Counted from the first letter of the stretch, positions 1 to 10,911 are shown. The stretch: DNA of 64,000 nt from Bacteroidota bacterium (GCA_020056225.1 JAGVIE010000025.1:38995-102994), one strand, 5' to 3'. Notes: a model not told the origin generated them from the sequence alone. Translations and numbers: made by a program.

Positions 1-748
1 TCGGTTTAGATGTTAGAAATTCGTCCGGTGGATTAATTTTATTCCAAGCTAATCCGGTAGTTCCTTTCTTAAGGATGGATGCAGAATCGCCCACAGCATA
101 AAGTCTGTCTAAAGCGACGAATGCAAACGCATTGAGATTTGCCGGTATCCGTGCGTTATTATACATCAGCCAGGTTCCACCCCTGTTCGTTGTTCGCATT
201 ATTAGACCGCTGTCTCCGACAGCAAATCCTGCCTTCGCAGGGTGAGGTAATAAGTTAACGTCACGAATAGTTTTCATAGCTGGATCGGGATTTGCTACAA
301 CCTGTGGATCAATTATAAAGCTTGGGGGGCTTTTTTTGATCCTTAATATTAAGCCGTTATCGCCCACGATAATACCTGTGTCCGCGATAGAGAAACTCAC
401 ATCATTGAAAGTTCTATTCTCAAAACCAGCCGGTGGAGGAATCTGGGACCAGGTTTCTCCATCATCATCCGTATACCAGCACGAGCCGTTATCGCCGGCA
501 ACCACGCCGATAATCGGATATTGCTGATAAAACCATTGGAAGTATCCTCTTGTAGGATTGTATACTTCAATCCATGAAAAGTCGTAATACTTGTCAGGCG
601 AAAGCGCGAAAACTTCACTGATGATTAAATCCTTCCCGGGCGGCCGGACACTACCCTGATCCGGTTTTTTGGTAATAAGATCGCATCCGTTTAAAAATAA
701 AGTTGAACCTATAACTATTATTAAAAAAATGTAGAACAACGATTTCAT
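1..748 (-). CDS. Lipoprotein with BNR/YCF48-like beta-propeller repeats and a lamin-tail-like N-terminal motif; partial, runs off the left edge
   Basis: Not in the ORF track; translated by hand from ATG at 748 (SD-like GGAG upstream): MKSLFYIFLIIVIGSTLFLNGCDLITKK... with lipobox LNGC; repeats VAGDNGSCWYTDDDGETW, IVGDNGLILR, AVGDSGLIMRTTNRGGTW; LIISEV...WIEVYNPT motif. Confidence 0.8.
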   Translation of the reverse strand, partial: MKSLFYIFLIIVIGSTLFLNGCDLITKKPDQGSVRPPGKDLIISEVFALSPDKYYDFSWIEVYNPTRGYFQWFYQQYPIIGVVAGDNGSCWYTDDDGETWSQIPPPAGFENRTFNDVSFSIADTGIIVGDNGLILRIKKSPPSFIIDPQVVANPDPAMKTIRDVNLLPHPAKAGFAVGDSGLIMRTTNRGGTWLMYNNARIPANLNAFAFVALDRLYAVGDSASILKKGTTGLAWNKINPPDEFLTSKP

Positions 749-785
749 TCTTTTCTCCAATATAATATCTTTTTTGAGGGACATC

Positions 786-1730
786 TTAGAATTGTAATTC
801 GAATGTCATGGAATAAGTCCCTGGCAAATATTTAAAATTATTGTAAGCAAGATCGAGCGTGCCATCGACGCCGAATCTTCCCATCGTCAAACCAAGCCCG
901 CCGGTGAAATCTTCCTGGTCGTATGCAAATTTATACCCACCCCGAAGCGCGACCATATTATTGAAGACATACTCTGCGCCCAGGTTGTACTGTTCCTCGG
1001 CATCATTCAAGCGGGATATCTGCAAAGTCGTTATCACCTCATGGTTAGCTTCCTTCAAAACATCGACCAGTACACCAAACCGCAATGCTGTAGGAATAGA
1101 TGATTGCTCTTCCAAATACTTGATATCTTTACCGATATTGTTCAATGAAACGCCGATATGACTGCGAAGAATTGCAATGTCATAAAGTGTTCCGATATCG
1201 AATGCGAATGTTGCCGCGCTGACCTCTGTATTGAACAAATAGGATTTAATATACTTCGCGTTTATACCGACTCTGAATTGATCCGTTACCTGACGAGCAT
1301 AAGCTAAGCTGAATGCATAATCGCTTGCCCGGAAATTACGCCCGGTACCCTCAGGAAACAATGGCGTAGTCTCAACGATATCGCCTGTAGTCAGCATTGT
1401 TATGCTCATTCCTACAGCACCGATACCGGGGAAATTCCTTACTACGCCGACAAACGAGTGCTGTATATCCGCGAACCAAGATGTGTAAGAAAATCCAACA
1501 CCATAGTTACTTACAGTCATCATGCCGGCTGGATTGAATGGAATTGACGAGACACCATTTGCAATAGCAACCTGTGCGCCGCCGATTCCAACCGCTCGGG
1601 CGCTTGTAGGTATTTTAAGGAATGTAGCCGATGTCGTGCCGGATCTATTCCCTGCTGTGCTTTGTCCACTCAGGAATATTAATAAGAGAGCGATAATCCC
1701 AAGATGTAATATTTGTTTATATAATCTCAT
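786..1730 (-). CDS. PorV/PorQ-family outer-membrane beta-barrel (T9SS shuttle-like)
   Basis: Signal peptide; GTTSATFLKIPTSARAVGIGGA and FNPAG motifs; C-terminal F. Start moved to ATG 1730 (MRLYKQ) from the track's 1757. Confidence 0.85.
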   Translation of the reverse strand: MRLYKQILHLGIIALLLIFLSGQSTAGNRSGTTSATFLKIPTSARAVGIGGAQVAIANGVSSIPFNPAGMMTVSNYGVGFSYTSWFADIQHSFVGVVRNFPGIGAVGMSITMLTTGDIVETTPLFPEGTGRNFRASDYAFSLAYARQVTDQFRVGINAKYIKSYLFNTEVSAATFAFDIGTLYDIAILRSHIGVSLNNIGKDIKYLEEQSSIPTALRFGVLVDVLKEANHEVITTLQISRLNDAEEQYNLGAEYVFNNMVALRGGYKFAYDQEDFTGGLGLTMGRFGVDGTLDLAYNNFKYLPGTYSMTFELQF

Positions 1731-1753
1731 AGCTTTTTCTCCTTGAAATCTTG

Positions 1754-4165
1754 TCAACGAATCAAAACAAATTTATCGATTTGAGTCCCGAACTTCGATT
1801 CAACGCTGTACACATATACTCCGCTGGCTAAAGCGCGCCGGTTTTCACTCATTAGGTTCCATTCTATCTCGCCTCGATCACTCTTATATTCATAGAAGTT
1901 GCTGGTCAAACTTGTATTAGGCGGTAATCCGGAATTTTGATAACCACCGGCGATTGTATTGGATATCGTCGAGATCAATTCACCGGCAATCGTAAAGATT
2001 CGCAGCGTCCATTCACCCTCAGGTAGATGAATAAATTTCACTCTTCTTTGTGATTCATCCCAGGCTGAAGTCTGGCCTTCCCATCCTCCATTCTCAAAAG
2101 TATAATTTTGATCGACCCGATAAGGATTAGGAACGACCAATACTTTATTAGACTCTCTGGAAATATCAAACGGTACATCAATTAACACGGCATTGTTCAA
2201 GAAATCGGACTCTGCATTTTGTGATCTCAAAGTGTCGTAACGAACTCCCCCTCCTGGAAGCGGAACAGGTAAGAGTACGATATCCGGGATACCGAAGGCT
2301 GTAACGACATAGTGATAACGTTTTCCACGAACGAGGAATGAATCGGTAAACGTAGAGTCTAAATGTTCAATTGACCACAGAGTTGCCGTATCGGGAATTG
2401 TATATTCACGGAGTAATGTATATTTATCATTCGCCGGTTGCTCGCCAGCATCTTCCGATCTGTAAAGTCTAAAACCGGTGAATGTTCTACCACCTGGTAA
2501 TTTCCCGTTAGCATCGCATATATGCTTAATGACTGACGGATCACATGCATTACTGGTATTGCATGGTACAGGAAATCTGCGCCAGTGCAGGGAATCATAA
2601 TGCTGTTCGACGTATTTATTAGAATCGTCCCAAACATCGTATGGTCCACCGGGGATGTTATTCCAACTTACATGAGGGAACCATGTAAGCTCAACAGAAT
2701 TATCTACAATCTTGTAATCCAATTTGGGCGATATTAAGGCAGTCGGGGTTGTATAGCCGCGCCTGAATAATTTTATAGCTTTCTCTGCATTTTCTTTCAA
2801 ACTGTTCACACCTCCGGCAACCGCATCGCCGGAAATAAGAGCAATTGAAATCTTTAATGTGTCACCGGGGCGAATCTCGTCAAATTTTCCGAATGAGAAA
2901 AGGAACCGCGTGTCTGAACAATTTGTTTCCGGCTGATTATCAGCGATCGGTTTACCAGGGAAAGCTCTCCCACTCATCCATTCGTAAATCGCAGAATCTA
3001 TAACCCCTGGATCTGGTGTAGTTGTAAAATCGGACCACTGCCAAATGAACTCTAACGAATCGAGAGATTTAGGAGTGCCTAGAACGGTTATCCCTAAAGG
3101 TGTGGAACCACGATCGATCGGATTATGAATGTATGCTGTCCTTAGCGATTCTATATAAGCAGAGTAATTATTCTCGACATAACTAGCGTTACTGACAGGT
3201 CCGAGGTCAATATCAGCGAAGAAACCGACATATACATCCTTGATTACTTTATTCCCTGCATTTATAAACCAATAATCGAATGGAAGAATTGCCCCGGCGT
3301 ATACACTACCCCAAGCGTATGATTTCTGTATAACCTTAATGCCCATCGGTACATGCTGAAAGACAGACGGACGGCTGAACGTATCTGTAGCGGCACAGTA
3401 TAGATCGTTATCTGAAATTGCTCCATAGTCTTCATCAACATTAGGTTCGCCATGGTCGGGAATTCCATTCTTCTCGAACCAAATATCTTCATCATTCTTA
3501 TACGGTAAAGTTCCATCCGGATTGGGATGGCATTTATCCCGCTTTGCCGGGTCATAATTATCACCGGCTGGATCGGGATTGGTCACTGGATCATAAAGCT
3601 TGCCATCGCACGAAGCTTCTTCTTGATCGGCACGTCCATCACTGCCGAGATCGTCTGTTACCGGGTTCCAGTCACCGTCGTTATCAGCACCGTCCAATTC
3701 ATCTTCATCGACTTTTCCGTCGTTGTCATCATCACATCCTCTGACATTCGGCTCACCAAGTTTTGTAGTTGCCGTTTGCCAGAAATGTTCACGTCTCAGG
3801 TGTTGGTATTCCGGCAGAAATTCTTTTCTTGCATCCGATCCGTTATACCCTTCATCAACTCTGGGTACGCCATCAACGAGTCCGCCTATCCTTGGTCCTG
3901 CGCCATAGAGATGTTCCACACCCGAGTTAGTCGGATACTCAAGTCCAAAACCATCAGGTATATCATCCGCGGAGCCAGCATCCCATGCTTGCATCCCCAT
4001 AGCCATCTGGTTACTCAACCAGACACGCATATTAAATCCCTGCTTTATCTTTTCAGCGAAAGCAACAGTAGTTTTAGAAAGTTTGTTAGAACGTTTTTTT
4101 GTTCCTGCCTGGGATATAGAAATTATCCCAATAATAAGTAGTAAGCAAATTATCCATTTTTTCAT
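1754..4165 (-). CDS. Large secreted protein with Asp-rich putative Ca-binding repeats and a T9SS-CTD-like C-terminus
   Basis: Signal peptide (MKKWII..., ATG 4165 with AAGGA upstream); DDDNDGKVDEDELDGADNDGDW; C-terminal VVPNPY...LASGVYVY...KFVLIR. Confidence 0.75.
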   Translation of the reverse strand: MKKWIICLLLIIGIISISQAGTKKRSNKLSKTTVAFAEKIKQGFNMRVWLSNQMAMGMQAWDAGSADDIPDGFGLEYPTNSGVEHLYGAGPRIGGLVDGVPRVDEGYNGSDARKEFLPEYQHLRREHFWQTATTKLGEPNVRGCDDDNDGKVDEDELDGADNDGDWNPVTDDLGSDGRADQEEASCDGKLYDPVTNPDPAGDNYDPAKRDKCHPNPDGTLPYKNDEDIWFEKNGIPDHGEPNVDEDYGAISDNDLYCAATDTFSRPSVFQHVPMGIKVIQKSYAWGSVYAGAILPFDYWFINAGNKVIKDVYVGFFADIDLGPVSNASYVENNYSAYIESLRTAYIHNPIDRGSTPLGITVLGTPKSLDSLEFIWQWSDFTTTPDPGVIDSAIYEWMSGRAFPGKPIADNQPETNCSDTRFLFSFGKFDEIRPGDTLKISIALISGDAVAGGVNSLKENAEKAIKLFRRGYTTPTALISPKLDYKIVDNSVELTWFPHVSWNNIPGGPYDVWDDSNKYVEQHYDSLHWRRFPVPCNTSNACDPSVIKHICDANGKLPGGRTFTGFRLYRSEDAGEQPANDKYTLLREYTIPDTATLWSIEHLDSTFTDSFLVRGKRYHYVVTAFGIPDIVLLPVPLPGGGVRYDTLRSQNAESDFLNNAVLIDVPFDISRESNKVLVVPNPYRVDQNYTFENGGWEGQTSAWDESQRRVKFIHLPEGEWTLRIFTIAGELISTISNTIAGGYQNSGLPPNTSLTSNFYEYKSDRGEIEWNLMSENRRALASGVYVYSVESKFGTQIDKFVLIR

Positions 4166-4200
4166 AGATATCAATCCTTATTTTGATTTCATATAAATAA

Positions 4201-7116
4201 TCAATCCCAGTTTAATTTTACACCGAATAATACTTGACGCGGCGGCTGAAATAAAGTCCGATCAAGCGCCCAAAACTCTGTTTCGTTCCATGATCTGATA
4301 AGTTGTGCGTTATTATTCGAATAATCACCGTACTGAATTACACGTCCTGTGTAATTGTTGATTGAACCGGTTTCAGGGTTCTTACGGTTCAAAAGATTTA
4401 TCACATCGAGCGTTAAGAGTATATTAATCGTCTCGAAAACACGTAATCCCTTATAAATAGAAAGATTAAGCGTAGAATTATATGGACCGGTTTCGCTGTT
4501 GACTTTGCTATTGTACTGAACTTGCGTATATCGCGTTGATAAATATCCGTCGTACGGCGAACCGCTGTTGAAACTCCAGGTAAGAGAGATACCGTAGTTA
4601 TTAATAAACGGCATTCCGAAGAATTCACCTTCATCTCTTGGTCCAACGCGGTAACTTGCAAAAAGATTCGCAGTATGAGTTTGATCCCACGGCATCCGAA
4701 CTTCGCGGGCTAATTGAGTCAACTGTGGATTTATTAAAACATTCAGGTCTGTAGCCGCACGACCTTTTGCAATCAGATATGAATAGCTTAGGGAAACTGA
4801 AAAATTTGTTCCCAACGCCTGATTGACTGAAAGGTCAAAACCACGAGAACTTGCGTAATCGAAGTTTTTATAAAAATTGAAATCACCTCTTTTGACCAGA
4901 GTCGGATAGTCGAATATATCTTTATAATAGGCATGTACTGTAAACGCCATATCATCGGTGAATTGATCTTCGAAACCGGCTTCATAAGCTACAGTGCGTT
5001 GCGGTTTCAGATCGGGATTCCCGATTGTGGCATCTGTATTCAGGGTATAGTTATCTCTAAAATAGCGGGCGCGTTCAGGGAATTGAATGAAGTGTCCGTA
5101 GTTAAAATAAAACACAATCCGATCTGTTACCGGATAACCTATCGAGAGACGTGGACTGTAATATCCGTGAGTGAAGTAATACCAAAATCTCTTTGAATCT
5201 ATCCTGCCATTGGCTCTTTTTGCGCTGTCAGTCTTTCCAGACATATTCCATACCCAATCTGGAGAGGTTTGTCCGGGACTTTTGCCGTCAAGTGTATCAA
5301 TCCACTGATATGCATATTTCCAAGAATCTATATAATCATCATTATAAACTTGAGCACCAAGATCAAGATAATCATAGCGAATACCGATGTGTAAATTCAA
5401 TCCAGCCAGCTCAATATTATCCTGTAGATATAAACCTCCACGGTTAGGCATATTATTCAGGTGATACCTGGTTAATCCATAACCGGGATAATCACCATGT
5501 GACCACTCAGGTTTTGGATCAGGGGGAACAGTACCGTCGTTATGTGTGTAGGTCGGATATCGTATATCCGTGGAATTGATATTTTCAAAATAAACTTCCA
5601 TTCCTGTTTTCAGTAAATGCAAATCATGCACTTGTGAATTATAATCGAACCGTGAAGACCAGACAGTTGTACGCGATGAATACCATCTCTGGCTCGTACC
5701 AAGTTCATTGAAGTAATCACCATTTACATCATATTTGTTTATGTCGGCGGTAGAATATTCGTTGGGTTTTATACCTGCGACATCATTACCGTTTTTGTTC
5801 TCTGATTTTGCAATATACAGCTTAAAGAGAGACTTAGGACTAAAGAAATGCTGCCATGAAAATGTATTTTGGATTGCAATATCAACACCAACAGCAGACG
5901 AATCAGCCCGGTATTTCCAGGTTCTCACAGTGCCATCGTACGAATGGGAGGAAGACAAACTGGCATAATAACCGTAACTAAATTGATCGTCTCCACTAAG
6001 ATCGTATTTCAACTTAGTATTAAAAGTGAATGAATTATCTTGATTGTCACGATACCGGAATCCTGCCGCATTCAAAATGCCGCCTAAAAATCCATTCAAC
6101 TGTATTGTTCTCTCAATAGGATTATAGAATTCATTATGGACATACTGATACCAGCCGTCGCTACGCGTCATATCGGCATTCATAAAGAATGTGAGGGTGC
6201 CCGGTATTTTCATTCCAAGTTCCGGCAACAAATATTTCGACATCGGTTCAGGTCCTCCGAAAGAGAACGAACTATAGGCTTCATTTTGATTACTCTTTCC
6301 AAAGCGATCTGTTCGAAATTGCATGGAGCCTGTATATCTATCTCCGCCCGATTTTGTTGTAATATTTATTATTCCTGATTGAGCATTACCATAGTCCGCA
6401 TCAAAGCCGCTTGTCTGAACGCTGATCGATTGTATCGCGCTTGCAGACACGTTTAATCCGCTTGATCCGCCTACGCCTGTAGATGCACCGGAATAGAGTG
6501 CGTTAAGATCTTTATTGGCAGTCCCGGTTCCCTGGTCTCCGGAGTTTTCTACTACGTTATTCGTAGGAACACCATCGACTAAATATTGTACTTCATTAGC
6601 TCTTCCGCCCCGCAGGAATAAATTCTTACCCTTTTTAACAAATCCTGCCTGGAGCTTTAAAACGTCTTCAACACTCTTGACATTGGGAATGCTCTGGATA
6701 GATTTTTCTCCCACAGTTTTTGTGGAAGATGTTGTAAGTGAATTAACCAATTGCTGATCTGCAGTGATGGTAACCCCTGTCATTTGTACTTCACTTGAAG
6801 TCAATTTAAAATTCAAAGGCGTTGTTTCATCAGCGCCGATTTTTACTTCCTTCACTTCCATTGAAGCATAGCCGATCTGACTTGCCTTAACGGTATACCT
6901 GCCTATAGGTATTCCGATAATGGAATACTTTCCGTCGATATCGGTTACCCCGCCGCGCTGCGTCCCGACTACAATAACGTTCACGCCGAGCATCGCTTCT
7001 CCGGAGACCGCATCTGTAACTTTGCCTACAATTTTACCGGTGTTGCCCGCGAATAGAATTAAATTTACTGTCAGGATTAAAAAGCAAATATATAAACTTC
7101 TAACAAATGTTTTCAT
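4201..7116 (-). CDS. TonB-dependent receptor with N-terminal carboxypeptidase-regulatory-like domain
   Basis: GKIVGKVTD...GVNVIV domain; plug motifs LRGGRANEVQYLVDG and GFDADYGNAQSGIINITTKSG; GNPDLKPQRT; C-terminal PRQVLFGVKLNW. Confidence 0.92.
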   Translation of the reverse strand: MKTFVRSLYICFLILTVNLILFAGNTGKIVGKVTDAVSGEAMLGVNVIVVGTQRGGVTDIDGKYSIIGIPIGRYTVKASQIGYASMEVKEVKIGADETTPLNFKLTSSEVQMTGVTITADQQLVNSLTTSSTKTVGEKSIQSIPNVKSVEDVLKLQAGFVKKGKNLFLRGGRANEVQYLVDGVPTNNVVENSGDQGTGTANKDLNALYSGASTGVGGSSGLNVSASAIQSISVQTSGFDADYGNAQSGIINITTKSGGDRYTGSMQFRTDRFGKSNQNEAYSSFSFGGPEPMSKYLLPELGMKIPGTLTFFMNADMTRSDGWYQYVHNEFYNPIERTIQLNGFLGGILNAAGFRYRDNQDNSFTFNTKLKYDLSGDDQFSYGYYASLSSSHSYDGTVRTWKYRADSSAVGVDIAIQNTFSWQHFFSPKSLFKLYIAKSENKNGNDVAGIKPNEYSTADINKYDVNGDYFNELGTSQRWYSSRTTVWSSRFDYNSQVHDLHLLKTGMEVYFENINSTDIRYPTYTHNDGTVPPDPKPEWSHGDYPGYGLTRYHLNNMPNRGGLYLQDNIELAGLNLHIGIRYDYLDLGAQVYNDDYIDSWKYAYQWIDTLDGKSPGQTSPDWVWNMSGKTDSAKRANGRIDSKRFWYYFTHGYYSPRLSIGYPVTDRIVFYFNYGHFIQFPERARYFRDNYTLNTDATIGNPDLKPQRTVAYEAGFEDQFTDDMAFTVHAYYKDIFDYPTLVKRGDFNFYKNFDYASSRGFDLSVNQALGTNFSVSLSYSYLIAKGRAATDLNVLINPQLTQLAREVRMPWDQTHTANLFASYRVGPRDEGEFFGMPFINNYGISLTWSFNSGSPYDGYLSTRYTQVQYNSKVNSETGPYNSTLNLSIYKGLRVFETINILLTLDVINLLNRKNPETGSINNYTGRVIQYGDYSNNNAQLIRSWNETEFWALDRTLFQPPRQVLFGVKLNWD

Positions 7117-7130
7117 TAATCAACTCCAGT

Positions 7131-8996
7131 TTATTTTTCGATTTCTCTGAATGCGAGTGCGAGAGCTGAATCAACAGCAGGGCGCTCCATATAGTATAAC
7201 GGAACTCCGAAGAGAACCATGTTAAATGTTATTCCGTTGTAACGGATCGATAATGGAACTTGTTCAAAATATTGATTCCCGGTTTTAGATGCATATTTTT
7301 GAATCGTTTCGCCGAAACCAACCGGGTAATTCTTCATCACAGCGGTCATACCTCCGTGCCATGCTGTATCCATCTTTGTCGTATCGATACGAAGGTTCGG
7401 ATATCCGCGTAAACCGTTTGCACCTATGCCGTCTTCTTTGGGGAATCTGCCCAACTTGGATATAGAAACTTGAAAAATATGCCCATAAAATTCTTCATTC
7501 CGTGGAAAATTTGTATTGCTTGTGCTCGACCACCCGCTGAAAATAATATTGCCGCCGACATAACAATAATCTCTAAGAATTGCTTGCTTAGTTCCTCCGA
7601 CTTCATTACTCTGCCCCCATGTATAATAACCGTATTCATCCACACAGTCTGAGTACATTAATACGGCTTTATATTTTGCTATCTCTGCCCTTCCGGGGAA
7701 GATGTATTGGGATGCTCTGAACATAACAAGATTCGAATCAGGAATTCCCAACCCGTGCATTATATCAAAATAGAAATTATCGACCGTTTGCCAATGCGGA
7801 TGAGCCGGCGATTCAGGGACCCTCGTGGAATAATAAGCATTATTAATAACCAGAATTTTGTTGGTTTTGGGCAGATCTGGTCTGGCAAATGGCGGATAGA
7901 TGGTATAGAATGTCTGCCATGCCGAATCTATTTGTACACTTATTATTGAATCATGAGCTTGATTCCAAGTTATTCGCTCAAATATGCCAACGGTATCGAT
8001 CGAACCGAATTCATTCCTCGATTGAACATAAAACGTATGCTTGGTAGCATATGGATCCGGGAAATCGGCGGCTGTAACGAATGCCTCTTCACTTGGTGAA
8101 AATTCCGACCATGGTATTTTCCCGGTCTTCGCCAACCATTGATCTCGATCGACTACCCAGCGATAATCGATAGTTCTGCTGTTGGGATCGATCCCCTGGA
8201 ATTCAAATCTTATTCCTGCATACGTCGGAGTGAATCCATTAATAGCGAATGCTGTATCTGCCGGACCAAAGGTAACTCTGGTATGCGGCGCGGTAACTTT
8301 AGGGGTTGTGAACATAACAGTAGCGGGAACAGCCGATGTATCTCCGATATTATCGATTGCCGATATGATAAATTTATGATTGTTCCATTCGTATTGTGAA
8401 TCGAATATAAATGTTCCTGTGTTGGGATTCGTGTGCACAGGATAACTGTATTTCACCCGTTGGCCTGTCTGGATCCGTATAGAATCTGGATTGGACGCAT
8501 AAATTTTTACGCCGCTAATCGTTATAGTATCTCCCTTCGCTAACGAATCGCTCACATCATTGGGCAGTCCTGTCTCTTTATCGAGCGTTGCGAAATATCT
8601 GTAGAGTGTTGGTATCTGTTTATCATCATTTGTAATAACCATCAAAGCGAATTCTTCAACGATTATATTCAAGATGTATTTGTACGAATGCATGGTATCA
8701 AAGCCACTTGCCTGATATGTCCATGTGTATTTAAATCCTGTTACAAATCCATCCGGATCATCACCCACCCAATATAAAGTTAGTCTCGGTGAGTTGCTTG
8801 TATCGTAAGGCACGGGAACGTTTGCTAAGCGGGTTTTGGGTTTAATGTTCTGATGATATTCTCCTGGTTTTTCAGGATTGCTGCAATCCCAAGAGAGAAG
8901 AACAATTACGCTAAATAGGATCAGTGCGAAACTCTGTTTCATATTAAACCGTATTAATTTTTTCATTCTAAATTTTCCTGATATGGGAATATTCAT
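7131..8996 (-). CDS. Putative lipoprotein of unknown function (Ig/FN3-like repeats)
   Basis: 621-aa ORF overlapping the upstream stop (ATGA); hydrophobic stretch ending in Cys; LYWVGDDPDGFVTGF and FEFQGIDP repeats. True start may be 8942 (MKQSF). Confidence 0.7.
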   Translation of the reverse strand: MNIPISGKFRMKKLIRFNMKQSFALILFSVIVLLSWDCSNPEKPGEYHQNIKPKTRLANVPVPYDTSNSPRLTLYWVGDDPDGFVTGFKYTWTYQASGFDTMHSYKYILNIIVEEFALMVITNDDKQIPTLYRYFATLDKETGLPNDVSDSLAKGDTITISGVKIYASNPDSIRIQTGQRVKYSYPVHTNPNTGTFIFDSQYEWNNHKFIISAIDNIGDTSAVPATVMFTTPKVTAPHTRVTFGPADTAFAINGFTPTYAGIRFEFQGIDPNSRTIDYRWVVDRDQWLAKTGKIPWSEFSPSEEAFVTAADFPDPYATKHTFYVQSRNEFGSIDTVGIFERITWNQAHDSIISVQIDSAWQTFYTIYPPFARPDLPKTNKILVINNAYYSTRVPESPAHPHWQTVDNFYFDIMHGLGIPDSNLVMFRASQYIFPGRAEIAKYKAVLMYSDCVDEYGYYTWGQSNEVGGTKQAILRDYCYVGGNIIFSGWSSTSNTNFPRNEEFYGHIFQVSISKLGRFPKEDGIGANGLRGYPNLRIDTTKMDTAWHGGMTAVMKNYPVGFGETIQKYASKTGNQYFEQVPLSIRYNGITFNMVLFGVPLYYMERPAVDSALALAFREIEK

Positions 8997-9595
8997 TGGA
9001 TCATAATTTCATATTGTGGAGTAAAAATATAAGCATAGGCTCCCTTCACTAACGATTTATCAAGATCGAGCACAAGAATTATTTTTGTAGTCTGTGACTC
9101 ACCGACATGGAATGAAATATCTTGATGGAACACCGCGGGATAATTCGCTGATTTCACCACCGGAACCGGTTGCTGTTCATCTGCGTTTGATCCTAATAAA
9201 AGAGTACCTCCGGGATCGATTTGAAAATCGCATCCGATGTAATCACCGGGAGGCGCATAAACCTGACCGATGATGACGTTTCCTTTGATCGCCAACGAAT
9301 CAAGTGTGTTCACAACGATAGTAGTTATCTGATTTGAAGACTCTATGATTTTTGCGTCCTCAAAAACTTTCAGAATGCCTCCATCAGATCTTATCGCTTG
9401 GATTTTATCGACCTTGATGATAAAGTTTGTAAATTTAGTGATCTCGATATTCTGCGATATCGTACGAAGACGAACTTCTATCATACCGGGCAGAGGCGAA
9501 CGATAATCGTATTGGCAACTAATGTTGATGAATGCTAATACTATTGTGAGGGAAAAAATCGCGCCAATTGGGTAAATTCTCTTGACAACCTTCAT
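8993..9595 (-). CDS. DUF4382-like lipoprotein
   Basis: Lipoprotein signal (NISC); PPGDY and ILVLDLDKSL...FTP motifs typical of the family; first gene of the operon. Confidence 0.6.
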   Translation of the reverse strand: MKVVKRIYPIGAIFSLTIVLAFINISCQYDYRSPLPGMIEVRLRTISQNIEITKFTNFIIKVDKIQAIRSDGGILKVFEDAKIIESSNQITTIVVNTLDSLAIKGNVIIGQVYAPPGDYIGCDFQIDPGGTLLLGSNADEQQPVPVVKSANYPAVFHQDISFHVGESQTTKIILVLDLDKSLVKGAYAYIFTPQYEIMIQ

Positions 9596-9813
9596 ATGTT
9601 TTTTTTGATTTGACGGTTAGGGGGATTAGTTATCAATTTACTATAGTATTCTAAGTATAATGAAAAAAATAGATACAGTCAAGAAAAATAATGGCTAAAT
9701 TGAACAAAATATAGACTATAAAAATTAGCCAATTTTGCATCTCCAGATATTTTATGTATCTTATTTCTATCCAAATATCCATCGGTATTCTTATTAAATA
9801 TTAATGGTTCTCA

Positions 9814-10878
9814 ATGAGATGTAAACTTATCTTCACCTTCGTGTTGTTGGCTCTTTTCTTTGGCTGTAAAAATAAAACAGTCGATTCGGGAGAAACTAAG
9901 CCAATTTGGAAGACTTTTGTAAAGGCGAATACTGCTGGAATGCTTAGCGATAATATCCTCACAATATATATTTCCGGTATCGGGTCAGTATGGTTCGGTT
10001 CCGATTCAGGAGCATTTTATTATCATTCTAATTCATGGAGTTATCCCCCCCCCGATTCATTCAACTACACAGTGGGTCCTAATAAAACAGTAAAGAGAGA
10101 AATCTCTGCTATCTCCGAAGGCAAGTCTGGAAGTATGTGGTTCGGTTTAAGATTTGCCGGATCTTACGGTATAAGGAGGATGAATACTATAGATGCTCGT
10201 GAAAGATGGCAAAAATATAATGTTGGAAGTAACTATATAAGGGGCATCGTATCTTACGATTTGAATTCTGAAAAAATCTGGATAGCAACTACCGATGGAG
10301 CCAGTATCTACACCTTCACAGATGATAATGATCAAACAAAAGGTACACTCGATGAAATACCTACATCGAATTTTATTGACCCAATGATTAATTGTGCGGC
10401 TATTAACCAAAAAAACGGATACGTATACTTCGGCATGAATACCGGAGTTTCATACTATAACACTAATTCACGAAGTTGGAGTAATTATTTCTTACCGGAT
10501 GCTTATCAATCTGCCATTCGCTCCTTAGCTGTCCAATACACTTCAAATATAGTCTGGCTCGGGAAAGATATAGGTGTAACGAACTTTACGCCAAGCGACA
10601 CCGCACAGCATTATACTAATATTAACACCGACGGTAAATTACCCTACGGCACTGTCAATACAGTAATGACGGATTTCTTTTCAACAACGAGATGGTTCGG
10701 AACTAATGCCGGATTGGTTCAATTGAAAAATAACGAATGGAAAACTTTTACAACGGATAATACGCCGGAATTACCCAGCAATATTATCAAAGCTTTATAC
10801 TACGATTATGTAAAGAAAAATTTATGGATCGGAACCGATAATGGTATCGCTGTCTACAATGAAAGCGGTGTGCGATAA
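9814..10878 (+). CDS. Lipoprotein with two-component-regulator-type beta-propeller repeats
   Basis: Lipobox FFGC; repeated WFGSDSG, WIATTDG, WFGTNAG, LPSNIIKAL...LWIGTDNG blades. Confidence 0.8.
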   Translation: MRCKLIFTFVLLALFFGCKNKTVDSGETKPIWKTFVKANTAGMLSDNILTIYISGIGSVWFGSDSGAFYYHSNSWSYPPPDSFNYTVGPNKTVKREISAISEGKSGSMWFGLRFAGSYGIRRMNTIDARERWQKYNVGSNYIRGIVSYDLNSEKIWIATTDGASIYTFTDDNDQTKGTLDEIPTSNFIDPMINCAAINQKNGYVYFGMNTGVSYYNTNSRSWSNYFLPDAYQSAIRSLAVQYTSNIVWLGKDIGVTNFTPSDTAQHYTNINTDGKLPYGTVNTVMTDFFSTTRWFGTNAGLVQLKNNEWKTFTTDNTPELPSNIIKALYYDYVKKNLWIGTDNGIAVYNESGVR

Positions 10879-10911
10879 TCGATAGGACATTTTTTTCTAA
10901 GCAGTATGTAG

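Noticed and set aside
10045-10053. C9 homopolymer in the propeller lipoprotein as a contingency locus
   Set aside because: In frame, encodes Pro-Pro-Pro, and is short; no evidence of variation from a single sequence
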